Shown in pieces: positions 9,715 to 18,460 of a DNA stretch of 64,000 nt. Origin of the DNA: Coriobacteriales bacterium (lineage in GTDB: Bacteria; Actinomycetota; Coriobacteriia; Coriobacteriales; UBA8131); NCBI GenBank assembly GCA_031282405.1, contig JAITDU010000033.1:5857-69856 (forward strand), given 5' to 3'. Numbering within the stretch: the first letter of the stretch is position 1; every line of letters begins with the position of its first letter. A model generated the notes under the pieces. It had not been told where the DNA came from and searched no databases. It saw only the letters and a list, made by a program, of their open reading frames with translations. Position numbers and translations under genes: made by a program.

Positions 9715-9742
9715 TTGCAAGCCGCGTTTTTTCGAGTATCAT
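9715..9742 (+). promoter_or_regulatory. Candidate sigma-A-type promoter of groES-groEL
   Basis: TTGCAA (9715-9720), a 16-nt spacer, then TATCAT (9737-9742). CIRCE starts 10 nt downstream, the usual arrangement for HrcA-controlled promoters. Confidence 0.4.
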
Positions 9743-9751
9743 TTGTAGTTA

Positions 9752-9778
9752 TTAGCACTCTAAGGCTTTGAGTGCTAA
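9752..9778 (+). promoter_or_regulatory. CIRCE operator (HrcA binding site)
   Basis: Perfect match to the consensus: TTAGCACTC (9752-9760), N9 (taaggcttt), GAGTGCTAA (9770-9778), about 190 nt upstream of groES. Confidence 0.95.
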
Positions 9779-9965
9779 TTTCGTCTGGATCGCTGCTCTG
9801 CGTTTAGCCTATTGGGCCTGACCTACGTTCGTTGTCACACGCGGTTGAGTACCTAGCGTGTGCGGTGAGCATCTAAGCAGACAAACGGCTGACGTAAGAG
9901 AGTGCACAGAGCAAGCTGATGTAAAGCTACCTCACGTAGCAACCCGAGAAAAGGAGGCAAGACTG

Positions 9966-10274
9966 ATGAGTGCCAAAAAAGCCAAGCTGAACCTCAAGCC
10001 CTTAGGCGACAGGATCATCCTCAAGCAGGACGAGGCCGAAACCGCTACCGCGTCTGGTATTCTGATTGCCAGCACGGCACAGGAAAAGCCCCAGCGCGGC
10101 GTGGTCATCGCCGTGGGCGAAGGCAAGATCGACAACAACGGCAACCTGGTCAAACCCGGTGTCAAACCCGGCGACAGTGTCATCTACAGCAAATACGGCG
10201 GCACCGATGTCACTGTGGACGGCGAAGAATATCAGATACTTCGCGCTGACGACATCTATGCCATCTACAGCTGA
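9966..10274 (+). CDS. groES: Co-chaperonin GroES
   Basis: The track ORF 9858..10274 is trimmed to the ATG at 9966, preceded by AAGGAGG. MSAKKAKLNLKPLGDRIILKQDEAETATASGILIA...VIYSKYGGTDV... is a typical Cpn10. Confidence 0.95.
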   Translation: MSAKKAKLNLKPLGDRIILKQDEAETATASGILIASTAQEKPQRGVVIAVGEGKIDNNGNLVKPGVKPGDSVIYSKYGGTDVTVDGEEYQILRADDIYAIYS

Positions 10275-10339
10275 TCGACACCCCCTCAGACAACAAGCGC
10301 TTCTGAAGCACGAGGGGTGTCATCAGAGCACACACATGA

Positions 10340-12007
<1,668 letters not shown>

Positions 12008-12083
12008 ACTGCAAGACTATGCGTGCTCAATACTAATATTAGTATATACGAGTATATACGTGCCGCACGGTGCGCAGTAGATG

Positions 12084-12122
12084 AGACGGCTGCCTTCAAG
12101 GTGGCCGTCTTGTTTTGTGTTT
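12084..12122 (+). terminator. Rho-independent terminator of groESL
   Basis: The stem agacggc (12084-12090) pairs with gccgtct (12104-12110) and is followed by tgttttgtgttt. Confidence 0.7.
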
Positions 12123-12209
12123 ACGATCTTCGTTCAATGGTATAAAATGGGGCCACAGTGGCCGTAAGACCACTCAGGAATAAGGCCCGCATACAGAGAG
12201 GATTGTGCC

Positions 12210-12914
12210 ATGTTCAAAATGCTGTCGTATAAGATACTGCAAAAATCCACACGAACTTCTCCCCCATCAGACCACATAAACACTCGTTTTGTTACACCAG
12301 AATCAAGCTCAGCGAGAAATGCCCGAGCGCAAGACCAATCGCAAGGTCGCTTTACCCTTGCCCTGACCGTATGCGTAGTATCGGCGCTGTTGTTGGTCTT
12401 AGGTGCGGGGCTGGCCGGCTGCGGCAACAATACAGGACAACAGAACTCCACAAGTGGCCAGTCAGCCTCAGGTTCAACCTCGTCTGCGAGCGGCTCGTCT
12501 GACTCGTCTGCGGCTACGGGCCTGCCCAATCCTGTTGTCCAAGTGAACGGTGCCGGCGACATCGAAGGACGTTTGGGTTTTAGATTACAGGCACCGGGCT
12601 CCGCAACCACTGCCACTTACTCTATCATTGACAACAGCCTGGGCCAGGTACAGTTTTCGTTAGATGACACCTTTACCTATCGCGGCCAAAAAACCGACGC
12701 ACTCACCGACATCAGCGGTATGTACTACGACTTTGCCACGCGGACAACCGCCAGCATTGCCAACACGGAATGCACGGTCGAATACAATGAGGGCGCCCAG
12801 GGTGTCTGTTATTGGTATGATGCGAGTGCCAAAGCCAGCTATTCGGTCTCGGTGGAATATAACGCCTCTTTTGACCTGCTCACAACGATAGCTCAGATCC
12901 TGCTCACCGAGTGA
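12210..12914 (+). CDS. Putative lipoprotein, function unknown
   Basis: 234 aa. ATG preceded by GAGAGGA. Hydrophobic stretch ending in the lipobox-like LAGC (…LLVLGAGLAGCGNN), followed by a Ser/Gly-rich linker. The long N-terminal region before the signal leaves the exact start uncertain. Confidence 0.6.
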   Translation: MFKMLSYKILQKSTRTSPPSDHINTRFVTPESSSARNARAQDQSQGRFTLALTVCVVSALLLVLGAGLAGCGNNTGQQNSTSGQSASGSTSSASGSSDSSAATGLPNPVVQVNGAGDIEGRLGFRLQAPGSATTATYSIIDNSLGQVQFSLDDTFTYRGQKTDALTDISGMYYDFATRTTASIANTECTVEYNEGAQGVCYWYDASAKASYSVSVEYNASFDLLTTIAQILLTE

Positions 12915-12932
12915 GCACCAGCGGTCTGGCAC

Positions 12933-13091
12933 GAGGCCCGCAGGGCCTGAAGAGTCAGGGCTTGGGCGGCAAGCAGCGCTCTACTTGAGACTGTGCCTCT
13001 TGCCTGCATAAAGCGCGAGGGCCGAGCGTAGCGTACTCGGTTACATAAGCGAGGCCCGCAGGGCCTGAAGAGTCAGAGCTTGGGCGGCAAG
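12933..13091. repeat. Two copies of a 41-bp direct repeat (12933-12973, 13051-13091; 1 mismatch), each containing the hairpin ggcccgcagggcc, plus a flanking inverted repeat
   Basis: gaggcccgcagggcctgaagagtcagRgcttgggcggcaag was read twice. agactgtgcctcttgcc (12988-13004) is the near reverse complement of ggcaagaggcacggtct (13086-13102). The element lies in the convergent gap between the lipoprotein gene and mobB. Confidence 0.85.
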
Positions 13092-13100
13092 AGGCACGGT

Positions 13101-13655
13101 CTAACGGATGATGCCCTTAAGAAAGCCAGCCAGTTCATCAATGTCGTCAAAACCAAAGCAAGGGAGGGGCGGAGAAGCTGCCGCGGCGGCGGCGACAATG
13201 CGCTCGATATCGGTGATTACGGCGATGACATCGTTGTCCTCACTGCCCAGTTCGCGCTCGGCATCGTTGGGATTGGCTGCCCGGAACAATTCAATTGTTG
13301 GCAGTCCGGCATGTCGGTAGCCCTCCACCAGAATGATATCCAGACGCTGGGTGTTCGTATCGGCTACCGAGAGCGCAATCATCGCCGCTATGGTTTCATC
13401 AGCAGGTAGCGGCGCGTCTAAAAGCCGCACCATGGCAATCTTATCCGGCGCGTTTATCACACTGAAGCGGCTGCCGGCCTGGGCGTGGCGCCAGGAGTCT
13501 TTGCCCTCGACATCAAAATTAAAACCGGCATGTGAGTGATGCTTGAGCGTACCTACCTTGATATCATCGGCGCTGAGGGCAGCAATCAGCTTCTCTAAGA
13601 GCACAGTCTTACCGGAGTTTTGTTTGCCCACAAAAGCAATGGCAGGAATATTCAT
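13101..13655 (-). CDS. mobB: Molybdopterin-guanine dinucleotide biosynthesis adapter protein MobB-like P-loop protein
   Basis: 184 aa. The N-terminus IAFVGKQNSGKTVLLEKLIAALSADDIKVGTLKHHSH matches the MobB Walker-A plus KHH pattern. Confidence 0.75.
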   Translation of the reverse strand: MNIPAIAFVGKQNSGKTVLLEKLIAALSADDIKVGTLKHHSHAGFNFDVEGKDSWRHAQAGSRFSVINAPDKIAMVRLLDAPLPADETIAAMIALSVADTNTQRLDIILVEGYRHAGLPTIELFRAANPNDAERELGSEDNDVIAVITDIERIVAAAAAASPPLPCFGFDDIDELAGFLKGIIR

Positions 13656-13688
13656 AGATGCTCTCCGGTCTTTTAAAGGGACAAGGAC

Positions 13689-13748
13689 ACAGCGTACGAG
13701 CCGGCTTTACTCCAGCATACAGCGTACGAGCCGGCTTTACTCCAGCAC
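13689..13748. repeat. 30-bp perfect-but-one tandem duplication spanning the nrdG stop codon
   Basis: acagcgtacgagccggctttactccagcaY occurs at 13689-13718 and 13719-13748. The second copy holds the last codons and stop of nrdG. Confidence 0.9.
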
Positions 13749-14351
13749 CAGCTCGACTGCTCTGCCTGCGGTCAGCGAGGCTTCTACGTCAATGATTCTT
13801 TGATTGGCTGAGCCACGCCAGCGCAGGTCATACGAGGCCTGTTCGACCAGGTAGCGTCCATCGACCAAAACATCACAGGCCACCAGAAGTTCACGCGCCG
13901 CGACACAGGGCATGCCCGCTGCCAGTTGCTCATAGGTGTAGCCGCTATAAGCCCAGACGCTCAGTCTGGCTGCCTGAGCCCGTCTGACCAGCTCCAACAG
14001 TGGCTCAGGTTGCTCAAAAGGCTCACCGCCGCTCAAGGTGATGCCACACAGCAAGGGATTAGCCTCAATCTGCTCCCAGAGCTCATCAATCGTTGCCCAT
14101 CTGCCGCCGCTACGAGACAGGGCCTGAGGATTATGGCAGCCCGGGCAGCAATGGCTGCAACCTTGGACAAAGACCGCATAGCGGATGCCCGGGCCGTCTA
14201 CAATGGAATCATCGGCAACGCCAAACAGACGTACGGGCGTAATCTCTGTAACCGATGTTGAATTCTGCGTTGGCTCTAAGAGCGCTGTCGCTGTCGCCTG
14301 CGCCGTGGATGCCGGCGCCGTCAGAGGCAAAACCTGGTAATACTCAGCCAT
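13737..14351 (-). CDS. nrdG: Anaerobic ribonucleoside-triphosphate reductase activating protein (radical SAM)
   Basis: VDGPGIRYAVFVQGCSHCCPGCHNPQ is the NrdG cluster motif. The start is moved to the internal ATG (cat 14349-14351), 2 nt after the nrdD stop. Confidence 0.9.
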   Translation of the reverse strand: MAEYYQVLPLTAPASTAQATATALLEPTQNSTSVTEITPVRLFGVADDSIVDGPGIRYAVFVQGCSHCCPGCHNPQALSRSGGRWATIDELWEQIEANPLLCGITLSGGEPFEQPEPLLELVRRAQAARLSVWAYSGYTYEQLAAGMPCVAARELLVACDVLVDGRYLVEQASYDLRWRGSANQRIIDVEASLTAGRAVELVLE

Positions 14352-16734
14352 TGAGTGCTTCTCCCGCCTCTGTGTCAGGATGGCCGGCGCTATTCTCCGC
14401 AACTATCTCGGTCGTGGAAATACCGTGCTTGACGCGCTCGGATTCCTCCTGGCGCTTAGCATTGTTGAAGCGGTCCAGCGTGCCTACAAGATAGCCCGTG
14501 ATGCGACGGATGCGCTCAAAGGGGATGTCTCCCTCCTCACGACCGCACCGCGGGCAACGGTCGCCGATGATACCGTTATAACCACACACCGGGTCGCGGT
14601 CCACCGGATGGTTAATCGAGCCATAACCCACGCCACTTTCTTTCATGTGGCGGATGATGGCCTCAAAGGCTTCCAGGTTGTCGCTGGGATCACCGTCCAG
14701 CTCTACATAGGAAATATGGCCGGCGTTGGTCAGCGCGTGGTAAGGCGCCTCCAGTTCAATTTTCTTAAAAGCATTGATGTCGTAGTAAACCGGAATATGG
14801 AAGCTATTGGTGTAGTAGTCTCGGTCGGTTACACCAGGGATGGAGCCAAAGCGCTCGCGGTCAAGCTGTACAAAGCGTCCACTGAGCCCCTCGGCCGGCG
14901 TGGCCAGTAGCGAGAAGTTAAGCTGGGTCTTGGCGGCACGGTCGTCCAGGTAGCCGCGCATAAAACCGATTATCTGCAACCCAAGGTTTTGGGCTTTCTC
15001 GCTTTGACCGTGATGCTCACCCGTCAGCGCCACGAGTGTCTCGGCCAGACCGATGAAACCCAGCGAGAGCGTTCCATTTTTAAGGACTTCTCCTACTTCT
15101 TCGTTCCACTTGAGTTTATCAGAACCAACCCAAACGCCCTGACCCATCAAAAACGGCATGTTGTAGACCTTCTTACGCTTTTGTATCTCAAAACGGGCCA
15201 GCAGTTGTTCGCAGACAAGGTCGAGCCTGGCCTCTAAAAGCTCAAAGAACAATTCCATGTCTCTGTTGGCCTTAATTGCCAGCCTGGGCAGATTGATAGA
15301 GGTGAACGAGAGGTTACCGCGCCCGGGCGTAACCTCCAGGTCCTGATCGTGAACATTGGCAATGACGCGCGTACGACAACCCATGTAGGCCACCTCAGTC
15401 TCGGGTGTGCCTTTGTAATACGGGGCGTTAAACGATGCGTCGAGAAACGAGAAATTAGGAAACAAGCGTTTGGACGAGACCGCACAGGCTTGCTTGAACA
15501 GATCGTAGTTGGGGTCGGCAGCATTATAGCTTACGCCCTCCTTAACCCTGAATATTTGGATGGGGAAGATCGGCGTTTCTCCTGAACCTAAGCCCTCTTC
15601 GGTGGCTCTGAGGATGTTTTTGATGACCATGCGCCCTTCTGCCGAAGTGTCCATACCGTAATTGATTGACGAGAACGGCGTTTGGGCACCGGCACGCGAA
15701 TGCATGGTGTTGAGATTATGGATAAAGGCCTCCATGGCTTGGTGGGTGGCTTTGTCGGTGTCGGCCGCGGACTGACGAGAAGCATAACTTTGGGCAGCCT
15801 GGGCGGTATCAGTGTCGATATCCAACTCGGCCATCAAGGCATGGCGTTCCTCGTTGAGGTAGTTGACATCCATGACCAGGCTGGGAACAGCGCCGGTCTC
15901 GGCCTCTACCCGCGCAGTCAAAGCATCCACTTTTTCTTTTGCGCCATCGACATTGGCCAGCAGGTCAAGCGCCGCCGCGAGGTTCTTCTTGTAAAAACTC
16001 CGATAAGTCTTGCGCACACCCTGAGCCATGCCGTAATCAAAATTCGAGATGGACTGACCACCGTGCTGGTCGTTTTGATTGGACTGGATGGCAATACAGG
16101 CCAAGGCCGAATAGCTGGTGATACCCGAGGGCTCGCGCAACACCCCATGTCCGGTCGAAAAGCCGCCTTCGAACAGCTTGCAGATATCTATCTGGCAACA
16201 GGTGGTGGTAAGGGTATAGAAATCCAGGTCATGGATATGAATATCGCCCTCGCGGTGGGCCTTGGAGTGGACAGGGTCCAACACGCGCAGATTGTAATAC
16301 TGCTTAGCGGTCTCCGAGCCGTATTTGAGCATCGTGCCCATGGCAGTGTCGGCATCGATATTGGCGTTCTCGCGGGCGACATCGAAGTCTTTGGCATCAG
16401 CGTGGGTGAGCTTATCGATTTTCTGCATCAGCTGGGTGTTGATTTCGCGAGCACGAGCGCGGTCGTCGCGATAACGAATATAAGAACGGGCTATGTGAAA
16501 AAAGCCATTCTCGTACAACACCTCTTCGACCAAGTCCTGTACACCTTCCACGGTGGGGGCACCCTCTATAGCCCCCTCCTCAATCTTGGTCAGGACAGCT
16601 TTGGCCAGTTTGGTATAGGTGGCCTCGTTGCTGATATTGCCATTGGCGGTAAAAGCCTTTTCGATGGCATCGCTGATTTTGTCAAGATCAAACTCTACTG
16701 CGCGGCCATCACGTTTGATGATACTCGTAACCAT
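14344..16734 (-). CDS. nrdD: Anaerobic ribonucleoside-triphosphate reductase, class III
   Basis: 796 aa. N-terminal ATP-cone (IIKRDGRAVEFDLDKI), a C-terminal Cys cluster (CGYNG...CPRCG) and the glycyl-radical region RRITGYLVG. Confidence 0.95.
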   Translation of the reverse strand: MVTSIIKRDGRAVEFDLDKISDAIEKAFTANGNISNEATYTKLAKAVLTKIEEGAIEGAPTVEGVQDLVEEVLYENGFFHIARSYIRYRDDRARAREINTQLMQKIDKLTHADAKDFDVARENANIDADTAMGTMLKYGSETAKQYYNLRVLDPVHSKAHREGDIHIHDLDFYTLTTTCCQIDICKLFEGGFSTGHGVLREPSGITSYSALACIAIQSNQNDQHGGQSISNFDYGMAQGVRKTYRSFYKKNLAAALDLLANVDGAKEKVDALTARVEAETGAVPSLVMDVNYLNEERHALMAELDIDTDTAQAAQSYASRQSAADTDKATHQAMEAFIHNLNTMHSRAGAQTPFSSINYGMDTSAEGRMVIKNILRATEEGLGSGETPIFPIQIFRVKEGVSYNAADPNYDLFKQACAVSSKRLFPNFSFLDASFNAPYYKGTPETEVAYMGCRTRVIANVHDQDLEVTPGRGNLSFTSINLPRLAIKANRDMELFFELLEARLDLVCEQLLARFEIQKRKKVYNMPFLMGQGVWVGSDKLKWNEEVGEVLKNGTLSLGFIGLAETLVALTGEHHGQSEKAQNLGLQIIGFMRGYLDDRAAKTQLNFSLLATPAEGLSGRFVQLDRERFGSIPGVTDRDYYTNSFHIPVYYDINAFKKIELEAPYHALTNAGHISYVELDGDPSDNLEAFEAIIRHMKESGVGYGSINHPVDRDPVCGYNGIIGDRCPRCGREEGDIPFERIRRITGYLVGTLDRFNNAKRQEESERVKHGISTTEIVAENSAGHPDTEAGEALNG

Positions 16735-17028
16735 GTTGTAGTCCTTTCTGTGCTGCGTTTTACTGCTACGTTTATGTGGTGCCTGGGTCGTGCCTGAATG
16801 GTGCCTGAGGTGAGCTTTGGCGGTACTTGGGCTGTGCTTGACCGATCGTATTTTAGTCAGACACGGTTCGCCCCTCAGCGGTCGAGTTTCAGCGATACGT
16901 GGCCTTTTATACTTCGATCATGCTTTGGCGGTACCGGTTTGACAGCCGCGACCTTGCCAAGAAAACCACAACTGCTCGACTCATTGAGAGTGTTTTCACA
17001 GGTATCCCACAGCTATACTACAGTTAAT

Positions 17029-17044
17029 CCACAATATGTTGTGG
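17029..17044 (-). promoter_or_regulatory. Candidate NrdR box upstream of nrdDG
   Basis: CCACAATATGTTGTGG has perfect CCACAA/TTGTGG arms. The minus-strand reading CCACAACATATTGTGG matches the NrdR consensus acacaatatattgtgt at 13 of 16 positions. A much weaker second site (cacagctatactacag, 17008-17023) lies 21 bp centre to centre. Confidence 0.55.
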
Positions 17045-17168
17045 GTATGACGTTTTACCTGCTTATATATGGTATTGCTGTTTCACTTTTGATGCAATAC
17101 CTAAATGAAAAAAATTTAAAATTTTCTGGGAATTGGGGCTATCAGCGCATTGATCAGACAACGCGCCG

Positions 17169-18248
17169 CTAAGGAAGTGTGTCGAGGACTTTAGCTATCA
17201 CAGTGTTGGAATAGGCAGGGTCTTTATACAGATCGAAGAATACCTGCTGCTGGCATTTGCCGTCATAAACCTCCAGCAGGGGTCGCCTGGGTGCCTCGGG
17301 ATAATTGAGTACCACAATGCAGATCTCGCCACTTTTGAGCTTGACTAAACACCCTATAGGATATGGTGCTACTATACTATCTAATGCTTCAACGACATCG
17401 GGGTCGAACTTACGATCACTTTGCTGTTGCAAAATATCCAAAGCCGCCACAGGATACATGGCCGGCCGGAAAGCCCGTTTGGATACCAGGGCATCATAGA
17501 CATCGCACACCGCAATGATACGCCCGTTGAGCGAGATATTCTTGCGCCGCAAACCATTGGGATAACCGGTACCGTCAAAGTTTTCGTGATGCTGCAATAC
17601 GCCTTGTATCATGCTCGGTGTAAGCGAAAAATTGCTCTTAAGGTACTCGGCTCCTTTCTTTACATGATCCTTGACTACCTCAAACTCCTCGTCAGTGAGC
17701 CTGCCCGGGCGATTTAAAACATCTTCGGGCAAGAACAGGGAGCCTACATCGTGGAAGAGCGCGGATATCGCCAGATCAGTCAACTGCTCGCGCGTCATCT
17801 CAAGTTTCATACCGATACGCAAAGCCAGGACCGTAGCCATAACCGCATGAAAATCCTCATAGCCGATATAAGGCCTGGTATCGAGATAGTCTATCAATGC
17901 ACCCTGACGCTCAAACAGAGCATCCAGTATCGGCTCTACTATGCCTAACTGTTCAGTACGAGACACACAGTAGTGCAAGGAGGAATCATTGCGAACATTT
18001 TGCAGAATGCGAGCAACCTCACTCGCGGTGTTATAGTAGAGTTGCTCGCTTATCGCTGGCTCAGCCACTATCTCGTCGGTGCAAGGATCAAGGATATACG
18101 CTCCGGGATACCCCGCCTTCTTGATTCTTTCCACGTCACGATGAGACAGTTTGTGTCCATCCACGAAAACCTTATTACAATGCTCATCATAGAGATTGCG
18201 CGCCAGCAGCATTCCCTTGCTTAACTCCGTTTGGACTACATACCTCAT
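17169..18248 (-). CDS. HD-GYP domain cyclic-dinucleotide phosphodiesterase
   Basis: 359 aa. It has HDVGSLFLP (HD) and LQHHENFDGTGYPNGL (HHExxDGxGYP), with a ~150-aa N-terminal domain of unknown type. ATG preceded by GAGGAG. Confidence 0.85.
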   Translation of the reverse strand: MRYVVQTELSKGMLLARNLYDEHCNKVFVDGHKLSHRDVERIKKAGYPGAYILDPCTDEIVAEPAISEQLYYNTASEVARILQNVRNDSSLHYCVSRTEQLGIVEPILDALFERQGALIDYLDTRPYIGYEDFHAVMATVLALRIGMKLEMTREQLTDLAISALFHDVGSLFLPEDVLNRPGRLTDEEFEVVKDHVKKGAEYLKSNFSLTPSMIQGVLQHHENFDGTGYPNGLRRKNISLNGRIIAVCDVYDALVSKRAFRPAMYPVAALDILQQQSDRKFDPDVVEALDSIVAPYPIGCLVKLKSGEICIVVLNYPEAPRRPLLEVYDGKCQQQVFFDLYKDPAYSNTVIAKVLDTLP

Positions 18249-18460
18249 TGAGCTGTTTAATCTCCTCTATCTAACGACAATCTTGTGTACCGGGCATCCT
18301 CGCGCAAACCACATGCGTAAAGCAAATAAAGATACCTAACAATCGGCCAGCTGGATGGTGCTGTAAGTGGTGCCATAGATCATTTCTGGTGTCTCACGTG
18401 CCCGATGCGACCACCGCGCTCCTTATCTGTAGAGAGAAGAAGCAGCGGTAGCCGCACATT

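Noticed and set aside
15682-16797. 371-aa plus-strand ORF antisense to nrdD. Similar long antisense ORFs occur at 4353-5060, 5814-6410, 20717-21571, 37999-38865, 51345-51938, 52455-53039 and 59266-60003.
   Set aside because: Each lies entirely inside a confidently identified or very long ORF on the other strand. Each has an Arg/Gly/Val/His-rich shadow-frame composition with no recognisable motif. These are typical GC-rich antisense artefacts.
16798-17172. 124-aa plus-strand ORF in the nrdD upstream region.
   Set aside because: It has no RBS and an odd composition. It overlaps the NrdR box and promoter region and the end of the HD-GYP gene, so it is more plausibly non-coding leader/promoter DNA.
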